Source: Bacillota bacterium (GTDB lineage Bacteria > Bacillota > Clostridia > Oscillospirales > Ruminococcaceae). Taken from it: a stretch of DNA of 64,000 nucleotides. Shown here in pieces: positions 9,747-21,085 of the stretch. Position 1 is the first letter of the stretch, and every line of letters starts with the position of its first letter. The notes below the pieces were generated by a model. The model saw only the letters and a list, made by a program, of their open reading frames with translations. It had not been told where the DNA came from and did no database searches. The translations under genes and the position numbers were made by a program. Location: NCBI GenBank assembly GCA_023395435.1, contig JAEWZG010000061.1, positions 14,296 through 78,295 of the forward strand, written 5' to 3'.

Positions 9747-11162
9747 TTATTCATTTATTTCACCAAGCAAAGCCCAGTTAGTAATTTTATTAATTTTTAC
9801 ATCAACAAAATGCCCTATCAAAGACTTATCGCCTTTGAATTCGACAATTATGTTTTCATTATTCTTACCCGTCAGATAAGTATTATTCTTTTTACCTTCA
9901 CCCTCAACAAGCACTCTGACAGTTTTGTTAATGTATCGTGAAAACCTGTTTGTTACAATTTCACGCTGTATCAGTAGAAGTTCTCTAAGCCATTTTCCTT
10001 TTATTTCATCGGAAATATCGTCAGGTAATTCTGCTGCTTTTGTTCCAGACCTTTTTGAATAAACGAAAGTATAAAGATTATCAAAGCCAACATGCCTTAT
10101 TGCTTTAATTGTCTCAAGATAATCGTCATAGGTTTCGCCAGGAAAACCTACAATAATATCAGAAGAAAATGAAAAATCAGCTTTCTTGCTCCTCGCATAG
10201 TCTACAATTTTATAATAATCTTCTATTGTATATTTACGGTTCATTGCCTTGAGAATTCTATTACTTCCCGCCTGAAAAGGTAGATGAAGATGCTTGCAGA
10301 CCTTGTCGCATTCAATAATTGCGTCGATAAGTTCATTTGTTGCATCTTTTGGATGAGAACTAACAAATCTTATTCTACAGTCACCCTCAATTTTATTAAG
10401 TTCTCGCAGTAATTGAGGGAATCCATAAGCATATGAATTAACATTCTGCCCCAGTAAAGTAATTTCTTTATATCCTTGGCCGATAAGCTTTCTTACTTCA
10501 CAGATTACTTCTTCAGGTTTCCTGCTTTTTTCTCTTCCTCTAACATATGGTACAATACAATATGTGCAAAAATTATTGCATCCATACATAATCGGAACAT
10601 TTGCTTTTATTTTATCTTCTCTTAGTATATCAATACCTTCAATAATTTCTAAATTATTTTCTTCAAGATTAAATATTCTTTTCTTCTGAGTCAATAATTC
10701 AAAAATCATTTCAGGTAACTTATGAAAAACATATGTTCCGAAAACAAGGTCAACCTGTGGATATGTTTTTTTGATTTTATCAGCAATATGTTCCTGCTGA
10801 GCCATACACCCGCATATTCCAATAATCAGATTATTGTTTTTTGCTTTAAGGTGCTTTAACTCGCCGATATTACCAAAAACTCTTGACTCTGCATTTTCAC
10901 GGACAGCACAAGTGTTGTAAATAATTAAATCAGCTTTTTCTTGATTATCAGTGAAACCATATCCCATTTTTGAAAGCATTCCCTTGATTTTTTCGCCATC
11001 ACTTACATTCTGCTGACAGCCAAAACTATGGATATGAGCCAATGGAGGAGACTCAACATATATACAGTTGATGATTTCACTAATCTTAGTAATATATTCA
11101 TTTTGAGATTGCATATTAACAGAAATTACCTTATCCAATGTGTTCCCCTCATTTATAAACAT
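9747..11162 (-). CDS. miaB: tRNA-2-methylthio-N6-dimethylallyladenosine synthase (radical SAM)
   Basis: FGCQQN, CNNFCTYCIVPYVRGRE, C-terminal TRAM domain. The true start may be an internal Met. Confidence 0.9.
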   Translation of the reverse strand: MFINEGNTLDKVISVNMQSQNEYITKISEIINCIYVESPPLAHIHSFGCQQNVSDGEKIKGMLSKMGYGFTDNQEKADLIIYNTCAVRENAESRVFGNIGELKHLKAKNNNLIIGICGCMAQQEHIADKIKKTYPQVDLVFGTYVFHKLPEMIFELLTQKKRIFNLEENNLEIIEGIDILREDKIKANVPIMYGCNNFCTYCIVPYVRGREKSRKPEEVICEVRKLIGQGYKEITLLGQNVNSYAYGFPQLLRELNKIEGDCRIRFVSSHPKDATNELIDAIIECDKVCKHLHLPFQAGSNRILKAMNRKYTIEDYYKIVDYARSKKADFSFSSDIIVGFPGETYDDYLETIKAIRHVGFDNLYTFVYSKRSGTKAAELPDDISDEIKGKWLRELLLIQREIVTNRFSRYINKTVRVLVEGEGKKNNTYLTGKNNENIIVEFKGDKSLIGHFVDVKINKITNWALLGEINE

Positions 11163-11304
11163 ATATTATATTATAGCATAATCGACAGAATTTATCAACA
11201 AATTAATACATATTAATTTTGTTAATATTAGTATACAAAAAATAATGCAAATCATAAAAATATATGCTATAATATAAAATACATAATTTAAAATCGGGGT
11301 TAAT

Positions 11305-12300
11305 ATGGAGTATAATATACTGATTAAAAACTGGGGCAGAATGTTCACTGTTCCGTGTACTGTTGTTGATGAATATATAAAACTTGCAAGTGGTAATGCT
11401 GTTAAAGTATTGCTTTGTTTATTGTGCAGTAATTCAAATAAATATAAATCTCAAGACATTGCTTCCATGACTGGAATTAATATTTCTGAAGTTGATGATG
11501 CTATAGAATTTTGGTGTCAGCTTGAAGTCATAGAAAATATAAGTAAGCCAACTAAAATTAAAGATAATGAGAAAGATAAAATTATTCAAAAGCCAGAAAT
11601 AAAATCTATTATCGAAGCCGAAAACCCAGCAAAAAATACTCTTTCTACTAAAACTTCTGTTAAGTATTCACCAAGAGAAATTGAAAAAATAGTTCAGAAT
11701 TCAGCAGATTTAAAATTTATGATGGACAACATTCAAACGATATTAAAAAAAACTATTACATATACAGAACAATGCTCTCTTGTTAATCTTCACGAGTACT
11801 ACGGTTTTTCAGTCAGCATAATTCTCATGCTGTTTGACTATTGTCATAGTATTGGTAAAACAAGAATTGCATATGTTGAAGCTATTGCAAAAGACTGGTT
11901 TGAACGTGATATAGTAACACACGAAGCTGTTGAAAAAGAAATTATTAGATTAATTGACTATAATTCGTTTGAGAATAAAATTAAATTTGCTTTTGGATTA
12001 GAAACAAAGCCTTCCCCAAAACAAAAAAAATTTATTGATAATTGGATGAAGCTTGGTTTAAGTATTGATATGATTACATTTGCATATGAAAAATGTGTTG
12101 ATAATACCAATAAATTAAGCTTTGAGTACATAAACAAAATTCTTGTTAGCTGGGCTGATAATAAATACACAAAAAGAGAAGATGTTAAAGAGCAAAAACC
12201 AGTACAACGTACTGAGAAAAAATCCGATAAGAAAAATGAGCATTCATATGACCTTGACGAAATAATTAAAAAGTCATTCAGGACTGCAACAAAAAATTAA
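11305..12300 (+). CDS. DnaD-domain replication initiation/helicase-loading protein
   Basis: 331 aa with two DnaD-like repeats (YVEAIAKDWFERDI; YINKILVSWADNKY). Immediately upstream of dnaI. Confidence 0.7.
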   Translation: MEYNILIKNWGRMFTVPCTVVDEYIKLASGNAVKVLLCLLCSNSNKYKSQDIASMTGINISEVDDAIEFWCQLEVIENISKPTKIKDNEKDKIIQKPEIKSIIEAENPAKNTLSTKTSVKYSPREIEKIVQNSADLKFMMDNIQTILKKTITYTEQCSLVNLHEYYGFSVSIILMLFDYCHSIGKTRIAYVEAIAKDWFERDIVTHEAVEKEIIRLIDYNSFENKIKFAFGLETKPSPKQKKFIDNWMKLGLSIDMITFAYEKCVDNTNKLSFEYINKILVSWADNKYTKREDVKEQKPVQRTEKKSDKKNEHSYDLDEIIKKSFRTATKN

Positions 12301-12311
12301 AGGAGTAATAT

Positions 12312-13298
12312 ATGATTTATAGTAAAGAGGTTTTTACTCAGGCTGAAACTGAAATAAGCCGAAGGCATATACAAGCTTTGACAATTTTTGAGCAAAGACA
12401 GACTGAAATAGAACAGATAGCTCCTGAAATTGCTGCGGTTAATAATCAGCTTATTAATACAAGCGTTGAACTTTCAAAAGCAATTATGAATAAGAACAAT
12501 AATGTTAAAGAAGCTATTGAAAAAATAAAGGAAGAAAACTTAAAATCTCAGAAGATTATAAAAATTCTTTTAAAAGATTTTGGCTTCCCTGAAGATTACC
12601 TTGACCTTCACTACAGTTGTGAAAAATGCAATGATACAGGATATGTAAAAGGCATACGTTGTGAATGCTTTAATGAACTTTTAAAAAAATATGCTGTAAA
12701 GGAAATTAACCGTAACAGTAACATCAAGCTTGAAGATTTCTATAATTTCAACCTAAACTATTACCCAGATACAGTTGATGAAGGCACCGGAATTGTTCCA
12801 CGACTTGAAATGGCTGCTAATCTTAATTATTGCAAACAATATGTATATGATTTTTCTTATAAGTCACCAAGTCTATTTTTTATTGGAAAAACAGGTCTTG
12901 GCAAAACTTTCTTATCCTCAGCCATAGCAAAAGATTTATTACAGAAGGGTTATAATGTTGCTTTTGATTCAATACAGAACTTTCTTCGTGCTATTGAAAA
13001 TGAACATTTTGGTCGTGCAGTGAACACTGATACACTACAAACCTTAATTGACGCTGATCTTGTTATACTTGATGATCTTGGCTCTGAATTTTCATCATCT
13101 TTCTATTCAACAGCACTTTATAATATAATTAATTCAAGACTTAATAAGGAATTACCGACCATAGTAAGTTCAAATCTTTCACTTAGTGAACTTCAGAATA
13201 AATACGATGATCGAATTATATCACGAATTACTGGAATGTATTCTATAATAAACTTTATAGGAAAAGATATAAGATTTATTCATGCAATGAATAAGTAA
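12312..13298 (+). CDS. dnaI: Primosomal helicase loader DnaI/DnaC-like AAA+ ATPase
   Basis: Zn-binding CEKCNDTGY..CEC, Walker A GKTGLGKT, Walker B LVILDDLG. Confidence 0.8.
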   Translation: MIYSKEVFTQAETEISRRHIQALTIFEQRQTEIEQIAPEIAAVNNQLINTSVELSKAIMNKNNNVKEAIEKIKEENLKSQKIIKILLKDFGFPEDYLDLHYSCEKCNDTGYVKGIRCECFNELLKKYAVKEINRNSNIKLEDFYNFNLNYYPDTVDEGTGIVPRLEMAANLNYCKQYVYDFSYKSPSLFFIGKTGLGKTFLSSAIAKDLLQKGYNVAFDSIQNFLRAIENEHFGRAVNTDTLQTLIDADLVILDDLGSEFSSSFYSTALYNIINSRLNKELPTIVSSNLSLSELQNKYDDRIISRITGMYSIINFIGKDIRFIHAMNK

Positions 13299-13301
13299 AA
13301 A

Positions 13302-13329
13302 AACAGCACTTCAATTTTGAAGTGCTGTT
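13302..13329. terminator. Bidirectional rho-independent terminator between dnaI and tyrS
   Basis: AACAGCACTTCAA-tt-TTGAAGTGCTGTT, flanked by an A-run and a T-run. Confidence 0.7.
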
Positions 13330-13336
13330 ACTATTT

Positions 13337-14566
13337 TTAAGCAAGAATTATTTTATGAAATACTTTCTTTCCTTTTTTTATAATTATAAAACCTTCGGTA
13401 AAATCTTCTTTTGAAAGATTAAGTGAATTTGCATCTACCTTTTTATCGTTTACTGAAACACCACCCTGTGTTACAAGACGTCTTGCCTCGCCCTTTGAAG
13501 GGCAAAGAGCTGATTTAACGAGAAGATCAATAATAGAAATATTTTCATCAACAAAATCAGCATCAGTAATTTCTGTTGTAGGCATATCATCTGATACACT
13601 CCCTGCACCGAATACAGCTTTCGCAGCATCAAGACATTTTTGTGCCTCATCTTCTGAATGAACCATCTTTGTTACTTCAAAAGCGAGTATTTCTTTTGCT
13701 TTATTGAGTTCACTACCCTGCCACTTTTCCATTTCCTCAATTTCTTCAATAGGCAGGAATGTCAAAAGCTTCAAACAATTGATAACATCATCATCACTGA
13801 CATTTCTCCAGTACTGAAAGAAGTCATAAGGTGTACATTTTTCCGGATCAAGCCACAAAGCACCCTTTTCAGTCTTGCCCATCTTCTTGCCTTCTTTTGT
13901 TGTAAGAAGCGTAAATGTCATACCATAAACTTCTTTTCCTTCCACACGTCTGACAAGGTCAACACCATTAATAATATTTGACCACTGATCATCTCCGCCA
14001 AGCTCCATTTTTACATCAAGTTCTTTGTTAAGATGTAAAAAGTCATAGCTCTGCATTAGCATGTAATTAAATTCAAGGAAGCTTAATCCTTTTTCAAGAC
14101 GTGATTTAAAGCATTCAGCAGTAAGCATTTTATTTACTGAGAAATATCTTCCGATATCTCTGAGGAACTCAATATAATTCATATTCATGAGCCAGTCGCC
14201 GTTCTTGACCATCAACGCTTTATCTTCACCAAATTCAATGAACTTTGACATCTGTCTTTTAAAGCACTCTGCGTTATGGTTAATTTCATCGACAGTAAGC
14301 ATTTTTCTCATATCAGTTTTTCCAGTAGGATCACCAACCATTGTTGTTCCCGTTCCTAAAAGTGCAACAGGAATATGACCAGCCATCTGCAATCTTTTCA
14401 TAACTACAAGCTGCAAGAAATGTCCAACATGAAGGCTATCAGCAGTTGCATCAAATCCAATGTAAAATTTTATACCCTTCTGTGCATCAAGTAGTTCTTT
14501 AATTTTCTCTTCATTAGTAGTCTGTGCAACTAGACCACGTCTTTTTAGTTCTTCAAAAATAGTCAT
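13337..14566 (-). CDS. tyrS: Tyrosyl-tRNA synthetase
   Basis: HVGH (HIGH) and KMGKT (KMSKS) motifs. C-terminal S4 domain. Confidence 0.95.
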   Translation of the reverse strand: MTIFEELKRRGLVAQTTNEEKIKELLDAQKGIKFYIGFDATADSLHVGHFLQLVVMKRLQMAGHIPVALLGTGTTMVGDPTGKTDMRKMLTVDEINHNAECFKRQMSKFIEFGEDKALMVKNGDWLMNMNYIEFLRDIGRYFSVNKMLTAECFKSRLEKGLSFLEFNYMLMQSYDFLHLNKELDVKMELGGDDQWSNIINGVDLVRRVEGKEVYGMTFTLLTTKEGKKMGKTEKGALWLDPEKCTPYDFFQYWRNVSDDDVINCLKLLTFLPIEEIEEMEKWQGSELNKAKEILAFEVTKMVHSEDEAQKCLDAAKAVFGAGSVSDDMPTTEITDADFVDENISIIDLLVKSALCPSKGEARRLVTQGGVSVNDKKVDANSLNLSKEDFTEGFIIIKKGKKVFHKIILA

Positions 14567-14595
14567 AATTATCTCCTTAATTAATTTAATACAAA

Positions 14596-14875
14596 CAAAA
14601 ATCCTCTGTCAAGTAAAAATACTTAACAGAGGACGATTAACATACAAAATGTTACCCCGTGGTACCACCTCAATTTACTGAAATTATATTTCAGCCTCAT
14701 TGACACTATAACGGGCGCAAAACCGTATATTCCTACTTATATGTTCAGAATATAAGCTCCAAGATGTATTCACAAAAATCTAAATACCTTTTTCCAGCGA
14801 CCAAAGGCTCTCTGTAATTATCAATTTAAGCTACTTGCTCTCTTCACAGCTTTTGTATTATGTTATCACAATTGA
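14596..14875 (-). promoter_or_regulatory. T-box riboswitch leader, Tyr specifier
   Basis: On the - strand: AGAGAG bulge and GCUGGAA distal loop. GAA-UAC-A specifier (UAC = 14768-14766). T-box core GGUGGUACCACGG with UGGU bulge (A73 tRNA). Terminator hairpin CCTCTGTTAAG..CTTGACAGAGG plus T-run. Confidence 0.85.
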
Positions 14876-14890
14876 AAAATAATGTCAATG

Positions 14891-16570
14891 TTAATTTTTA
14901 ACTAACCTTTTTGATGTAGATAGTAGTTCTTCAGCATTTTTAAGCATTAGATCAGTAATATTATCACCGCCCATTATTCTTGCGATTTCTTTCTTTCTAT
15001 TGTTAAAATCAAGAGTCATGACTTGTGTAACAGTTGAATTATTAACAACATTCTTTTCAATATACAAATGATTGTCAGCCATTACAGCAATCTGAGCTAG
15101 ATGAGTAACACAAAGCACTTGCCTAAACTTTGATATTTCTTCAAGCTTTATTCCTATCTTCTGTGCAGCGCGTCCACTCACGCCAGTATCAATTTCATCA
15201 AAAATTAATGTAGGAATATTATCTTTATCGGCAAGAACGTTTTTAAGTGCAAGCATAATTCTTGAAAGCTCACCACCAGAAGCAATCTTTGCAATAGGTT
15301 TAGGTAGCTCACCAATATTAGCAGAAATAAGGAATTCGATGTTGTCCATTCCGTGAACAGTAAGCTTTCCTTTTGTCTTTAGAACTTCAAGCTTTACATT
15401 CGGCATATCGAGGAATACTAGTTCATTTGTAACCTGTTCAATAAACTTTTTTGACGCATTCTCACGTGCAACAGAAAGATTTTTTGCTTTTTGCGTAACT
15501 TTATTGAGTAAAATTGATTTTTTCTCTTTAAGAGCTTCAATTTTATTCTCATTACCTGTAAACTGTTCAAGCTCACTAACAGATTTGTTATAATAATTAA
15601 TTACATCAGAAAGCTCAGGTCCATATTTACGTTTAATTTTGTTAAATAACTCGCGTCGATTTGAAATATATTCAAAACGTTCAGGTGAAATATCAATCTT
15701 GGAAATTATGCTTGAAATTTCAGAAGAAATATCATCAAGTTCAATACTTGCATCCTTAAGGCGTTTTGATAATGGCTCAAGCTCAGGCATAATATCAACC
15801 ATAGCAAAAAGCTTTTCTGCTGAATTATCAACATCAACAATAGAACCACTAAAATCATCATTCCCAGAAAGTAATATATTTGCGCTGTTCAGACCTTCAA
15901 AAAGCTTTGAAAAATTCTTTGAGTGATTAAAATCATCCTCAATTTCTTTATCTTCATTCTCAGATATTTCAAGCTCTTCAATTTCATTAATACATTCTTG
16001 TAACTCTTTTATACGTAATTCTTTTTCTTTTTCATTTGCTACAAGAGAATTTATTTCCCTTGCAGTATCCTGTAACATCTTAAAGCATTCGCGATAATCA
16101 TTAAGCATATCACCAAGTGAACCAAAATTGTCAAGAATTTCGATATGTTTTTCGGGTTTAAGTAATATTTGATTGTCGTGTTGCCCATGTATATTAATAA
16201 GTGTTTCTCCGATTTCCTTCAGAACAGTTATATTTATTGCACGCATATTTATTCTGGCAACACTTCCGCCGTCTGCAGAAATTTCACGGGTTAGAGTAAT
16301 CTGATTTTCTTCACATGAAAGTCCGTATTTGTTAAGCATGTCCACTGTATCTTTTGGAACATCAGTAAAAAGTGCAGAAATAATTGCTTTATCGCAACCT
16401 GTACGGACAATATCCTTTGTTGTTCTCTGCCCAAGAATTGCATTTATACCGTTAATCAGGATTGATTTACCTGCACCTGTCTCACCAGTAAATATATTTA
16501 AATTATTGCAGAATGATATTGAAGCTTTTTTTATTACAGCTAAATTTTCAATATACAACTCTCTGAGCAT
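14891..16570 (-). CDS. recN: DNA repair protein RecN
   Basis: 559 aa SMC-like. GETGAGKS Walker A, SGGELSR signature, LIFDEIDTG. Confidence 0.92.
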   Translation of the reverse strand: MLRELYIENLAVIKKASISFCNNLNIFTGETGAGKSILINGINAILGQRTTKDIVRTGCDKAIISALFTDVPKDTVDMLNKYGLSCEENQITLTREISADGGSVARINMRAINITVLKEIGETLINIHGQHDNQILLKPEKHIEILDNFGSLGDMLNDYRECFKMLQDTAREINSLVANEKEKELRIKELQECINEIEELEISENEDKEIEDDFNHSKNFSKLFEGLNSANILLSGNDDFSGSIVDVDNSAEKLFAMVDIMPELEPLSKRLKDASIELDDISSEISSIISKIDISPERFEYISNRRELFNKIKRKYGPELSDVINYYNKSVSELEQFTGNENKIEALKEKKSILLNKVTQKAKNLSVARENASKKFIEQVTNELVFLDMPNVKLEVLKTKGKLTVHGMDNIEFLISANIGELPKPIAKIASGGELSRIMLALKNVLADKDNIPTLIFDEIDTGVSGRAAQKIGIKLEEISKFRQVLCVTHLAQIAVMADNHLYIEKNVVNNSTVTQVMTLDFNNRKKEIARIMGGDNITDLMLKNAEELLSTSKRLVKN

Positions 16571-16578
16571 CCAATCAC

Positions 16579-17034
16579 CTACTTAGAAATAAGATTATTT
16601 AAATTTTCAACTAGTCGAACAGCATCATTTTCTGTTCTCATTACAACAAAAATTGTATCGTCTCCCGCAAGCGTTCCAACAATATTCTGAAAATCTGCAC
16701 TATCAAGCTTTGCACAAACAGCATTAGCCATACCTACATGGCATTTTATTACAACCATGTTCATTGCATAATCAATAGCAATTACCGATTCACTAAACAA
16801 GGAAATGAGCATTGAAAGTGGATTTTTTTCTTTCAGATTAGGTGGCACTGAGTATTTATATTCGCCAGATGATGAAAGTATTTTTACAAGCTTAAGTTCC
16901 TTAATATCTCTTGAAACAGTAGCCTGTGTAACATTATATCCACACTCAAGTAATTTTTGTTGTAGAGATTCTTGTGTGTCTATATCATAATTTTCAATAA
17001 GCTCAAGTATCTTTACATGCCTTTTTCTTTTCAT
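16579..17034 (-). CDS. argR: Arginine repressor
   Basis: 151 aa. Winged helix (QATVSRDIKEL) and C-terminal GTLAGDDTIFV motif. Confidence 0.9.
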   Translation of the reverse strand: MKRKRHVKILELIENYDIDTQESLQQKLLECGYNVTQATVSRDIKELKLVKILSSSGEYKYSVPPNLKEKNPLSMLISLFSESVIAIDYAMNMVVIKCHVGMANAVCAKLDSADFQNIVGTLAGDDTIFVVMRTENDAVRLVENLNNLISK

Positions 17035-17915
17035 TACTTCACCGCCTCATTTTCTTCCTTCAATGGTTTCATAAGCTTCTTGTTAACCGAATTATAGAAG
17101 TTTGAACCATTAAAATCTATAAGATAAATATAATTATTTGATTTTGATATATAGAGTTCATCTTCAGTTGAAAAAGGGATTTCCTCATTACCATCAAAGC
17201 TAATTACAACATCTGTATCCTTTGTTGAAGTATAACCTACCTTCAAAGTTTTTTCAGATGAAAATATCATTGTTCTTGCAAATAAAGAAAATGGACATAT
17301 TTGTGTGAACTCAATACATTCCATATCTGGTTCAATGATTGGCCCGCCAGCTGATAATGAGTAAGCCGTTGCACCTGTAGGGGTACTGAAAATCAATCCA
17401 TCAGCACGAAGTGAACTTATAACGTTATTATTCATAGATACTTCAAAATCAGCAATCTTACAAAAAGGTGCTCTTGCAACAACTATATCATTCAATGCTG
17501 ACTGTTCAAATTTTCTTCCGTCTTTAAAATTAATAACACCTTTAAGCATCATTCTTTTTACAATAGTGTAATTACCTTCAACAAAGTTTTTCAGGTAAGA
17601 TAATTCATTAGACTCTATTGAAGCCATAAATCCAAGGCGTCCACTGTTTATTCCTAATATAGGCTTGTGGAAAGGTGCAACAATTTTTGAGCACTTAAGA
17701 ATTGTTCCGTCCCCACCAATAACAATTATTGCATCACATTGTCTAACTGATTTTTCAAAATCAGTAAAAACAATATAGCTATATTCACAAAAAAACTTAG
17801 AATACTGATTATCCATATAAATATCAACATTCAGATTATGTAATATTTCGCAGGTTTCTATTACACATTTCTCTGCATTGGATTTGTTAAGGTTAGGGAA
17901 AATTACGATTTTCAC
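17034..17915 (-). CDS. nadK: NAD kinase
   Basis: GGDGT motif, NSGRLGFM, ADGLIFSTPTGATAYSLSAGGP. Confidence 0.9.
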   Translation of the reverse strand: MKIVIFPNLNKSNAEKCVIETCEILHNLNVDIYMDNQYSKFFCEYSYIVFTDFEKSVRQCDAIIVIGGDGTILKCSKIVAPFHKPILGINSGRLGFMASIESNELSYLKNFVEGNYTIVKRMMLKGVINFKDGRKFEQSALNDIVVARAPFCKIADFEVSMNNNVISSLRADGLIFSTPTGATAYSLSAGGPIIEPDMECIEFTQICPFSLFARTMIFSSEKTLKVGYTSTKDTDVVISFDGNEEIPFSTEDELYISKSNNYIYLIDFNGSNFYNSVNKKLMKPLKEENEAVK

Positions 17916-17937
17916 ACTATTACCTCCGTTAAGTTAT

Positions 17938-18729
17938 TTAAAAAGAATTAAACACCGAACTTACAAAACTTTTTATATCAAAAATAAACTTACTATTAAA
18001 TTCATTTTTCAAATAAATCAAATACTCAATATTACCTTCAGGACCTTTGATTGGCGAAAAAGTCAGTGCTTCAATATTATAATTCTGCTCTTCAGCAAAT
18101 CTTATAATTTTATTCAATACTTCAATATGCGCAGATTGTGATTTAACTACTCCTTTTTTACCTACCTGTGCCTTTCCCGCCTCAAACTGCGGTTTTATAA
18201 GACAAACTATTTCTCCGTTATCTGCAAGAAATTTTTTTAAAACCGGAAGAATTAACGTTAAAGATATAAAGGAAACATCAACGCTTATAAAATTAAGTTT
18301 CTCATTAATTTGATCGTCTGTCAAGTATCTTACATTCACACCCTCTATGTTAACTACTCGCTTATCTTCTTGGAGTTTTATAGCAAGCTGATCGTGACCA
18401 ACATCAACTGAATATACTTTTTTTGCACCATTTTGTAGCATACAATCAGTAAAGCCACCTGTTGATGCACCAATATCAGCACATATTCTATCCTTTAAAT
18501 CAAGCTTGAAATAATTAATAGCTTTTTCAAGCTTAAGTCCACCTCTGCTAACATATTTTAATATTTCACCAGAAATTATAATGTCAGCATTATCATCAAA
18601 CTGCTGAGATGGTTTTTTACAAACAACACCATTAACAATTACAAGACCTGATAAAATATGTTCTTTCGCTTTTTCTCTGCTTGATATTAGTTTTTTATGA
18701 ACTACCAAGCTATCAAGTCTTACTGCCAT
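17938..18729 (-). CDS. tlyA: TlyA-family 16S/23S rRNA 2'-O-methyltransferase
   Basis: N-terminal S4 domain, YVSRGGLKLEKA, SAM motif DIGASTGGFTDC. Confidence 0.85.
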   Translation of the reverse strand: MAVRLDSLVVHKKLISSREKAKEHILSGLVIVNGVVCKKPSQQFDDNADIIISGEILKYVSRGGLKLEKAINYFKLDLKDRICADIGASTGGFTDCMLQNGAKKVYSVDVGHDQLAIKLQEDKRVVNIEGVNVRYLTDDQINEKLNFISVDVSFISLTLILPVLKKFLADNGEIVCLIKPQFEAGKAQVGKKGVVKSQSAHIEVLNKIIRFAEEQNYNIEALTFSPIKGPEGNIEYLIYLKNEFNSKFIFDIKSFVSSVFNSF

Positions 18730-20603
18730 TGATTTAACTCCTGTTTAATGGTATTAATAATAGAATTACTATCAAATCCAACATTAATTAATGCGTTTTC
18801 AACCGTTGCCTGCTTAACATACTGTGTTATCGCCTTGCTGAAATACTTGCCTTTGAAATCAGATGAACATAGCATAAACCCAAGCTTTTCTGATATTGAT
18901 CCATTCTGCATTGATTCTTCAAAAAAGAAAATATGTTTATATTTTTTAATAATATTAATAATTTCAATATCTATTGGAAAAATCTTTGTAAGCTTTAAAA
19001 CATCACAATTTATATTATCCATAGAAAGCATATTTTTCGCATTGATTATATTTAAACTAAGTCTTCCGTAAGAAATAATTAATATATCACTGTTGTTATT
19101 AAAGTGATAGTAATCTGTGCAAGGATAAATATTCATAATCTGATTATTCTGTGCACCCTTTGGATACCTTACTCCTACAATACCAGTATCCTTATATAAA
19201 GCATTATTAAGACATAATCTCATCTCATCATATCCATAAGGTGAATATATTGTGACATTTGGAATTGTAGTCAGGAACGGAACATCAAAAAGTCCCTGAT
19301 GGGTTTCGCCATCTTCACCGATTATTCCAGCCCTATCTATTCCCAATACAATATGTGAGTTATCTATCGAAGCATCATGTAAAATCTGATCATATGCTCT
19401 TTGTAAAAATGATGAATAAACACAGAAAACAGGTATACATCCCATTTTTGACAAAGCAGCAGAAAATGTTACAGCGTGTTGCTCAGCAATTCCTACATCA
19501 TAAAACCTATTAATATGTTTTGGTTTAAAATACTGCAACCCAGTACCATATTTCATAGCGGCAGTAATTGCAAAAATTCTATCATCAGAATCAGCAAGAC
19601 GTGAAAGTTCTTTTCCCCATTCAGAAGAATAACTGTCACTTTCTACAACATCAGGATTGCCAGTTGCTATTTCAAATCTACTTACAGCATGGTAACGTCC
19701 TGGATTCAGTTCGGCAGGAGCATAGCCCTTGCCCTTATAAGTATTAACATGTATAAATACTGGACGATGCATTGCTCGTGCATTATTGAAAGCCTCACAA
19801 AGATCGTGAATATTATGTCCATCAACAGGACCGATAAACTCAAAGCCGAAATCCTCAAACATAGTACTATGCAATAGCATTTCCTTTATAGTGTTCTTCT
19901 GAGATTTAATCAATGTTTTAATAGGCTTACCTACCAAAGGAGTTTTATTAAGAGTTTTTTCAATTATGTTTTTAGTTTTCTGATATGATTGTGTTGTACG
20001 CATTGTAGATAGGTATTTTGATAATGCCCCAACATTTTTTGATATCGACATTTCATTATGATTAAGTATTACAATAAGGTTAGTATCACTTTTCCCAGCA
20101 TTGTTCAAGCCTTCGTATGCAAGCCCGCCAGTCAAAGCACCATCACCTATTACAGCTATTGCATAGTGATTATCTTTATTATTTTTCATAACAGTGGCAA
20201 ATCCAAGTGCAGCAGATATTGATGTACTGCTGTGACCACTGATAAAGGCATCGTATTCTGATTCTGTTGGCTTGGTAAAACCAGAAATGCCATTTTCCTG
20301 CCTCAAAGTTGAAAAAGAATTCAATCTACCTGTCAGAATTTTATGAGTGTAAGATTGATGCCCAACATCCCAGATAATTTTATCCTTTGGTGCATCAAAA
20401 ATCTTATATAAAGCAAGTGTCAGTTCAACTGTACCTAAATTTGAAGCTAAGTGTCCTCCAGTTTTCGATACACTTTTTATTAATATACTTCTTATTTGTG
20501 GGCTTAGCTTAACAAGATCTGCATAAGAAAGTTTTTTTATATCTTCAGGTAAATTTAAATCCTTCAACCGTACTGTTGAGCTGTCAGTATTTATACTTTT
20601 CAT
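18720..20603 (-). CDS. dxs: 1-deoxy-D-xylulose-5-phosphate synthase
   Basis: 627 aa. GGHLASNLGTVELT, GDGALTGG, IAEQHAVTF. Confidence 0.93.
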   Translation of the reverse strand: MKSINTDSSTVRLKDLNLPEDIKKLSYADLVKLSPQIRSILIKSVSKTGGHLASNLGTVELTLALYKIFDAPKDKIIWDVGHQSYTHKILTGRLNSFSTLRQENGISGFTKPTESEYDAFISGHSSTSISAALGFATVMKNNKDNHYAIAVIGDGALTGGLAYEGLNNAGKSDTNLIVILNHNEMSISKNVGALSKYLSTMRTTQSYQKTKNIIEKTLNKTPLVGKPIKTLIKSQKNTIKEMLLHSTMFEDFGFEFIGPVDGHNIHDLCEAFNNARAMHRPVFIHVNTYKGKGYAPAELNPGRYHAVSRFEIATGNPDVVESDSYSSEWGKELSRLADSDDRIFAITAAMKYGTGLQYFKPKHINRFYDVGIAEQHAVTFSAALSKMGCIPVFCVYSSFLQRAYDQILHDASIDNSHIVLGIDRAGIIGEDGETHQGLFDVPFLTTIPNVTIYSPYGYDEMRLCLNNALYKDTGIVGVRYPKGAQNNQIMNIYPCTDYYHFNNNSDILIISYGRLSLNIINAKNMLSMDNINCDVLKLTKIFPIDIEIINIIKKYKHIFFFEESMQNGSISEKLGFMLCSSDFKGKYFSKAITQYVKQATVENALINVGFDSNSIINTIKQELNQWQ

Positions 20604-21076
20604 TATTTCATTGGCACCATAAGCGCAATTAAAATTCCAAGTAATGCACCACCAAGAACTTCATATGGCGTATGTCCTAAGAATTCCTTGAGCTCCTTAC
20701 TTTTATTTTTAATGATGATTTTATCATCTGAATTGACATGTTCGTTAAATGCTTTATTTATTCTATTTATTTCTTTTGCGTGAAGCCCAGCAGCGTGCCT
20801 TACTCCCATTGCATCATACAAGACTATTAATGCAACAATTAATATAATTGCAAATTCAGGAGAAGATACTCCACATATCCTATAGGTTGCAACCGTCGCA
20901 GAACAAACAAACGCAGAATGAGAGCTTGGCATTCCTCCAGCTCCTATCAGTCTTTCAGCTTTAAATTTCTTTGTAATGAAGAAATTTAAAAGCGTTTTTA
21001 ATACCTGAGCAAAAAACCAGGATATTATAGCTGAAAATAAAATATAATTATAGTTATTCTGCAAAAATGATTTCAT
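20603..21076 (-). CDS. Divergent PAP2/DUF212-family membrane protein
   Basis: 157 aa polytopic. GGMPSSHSAF and YDAMGVRHAAG motifs. Confidence 0.7.
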   Translation of the reverse strand: MKSFLQNNYNYILFSAIISWFFAQVLKTLLNFFITKKFKAERLIGAGGMPSSHSAFVCSATVATYRICGVSSPEFAIILIVALIVLYDAMGVRHAAGLHAKEINRINKAFNEHVNSDDKIIIKNKSKELKEFLGHTPYEVLGGALLGILIALMVPMK

Positions 21077-21085
21077 AACGTAACG

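Noticed and set aside
11166-11348. A 60-aa hydrophobic ORF in the miaB/dnaD divergent promoter region.
   Set aside because: It lies in AT-rich intergenic sequence, overlaps the dnaD-domain gene start and has no RBS. It is probably a chance ORF.
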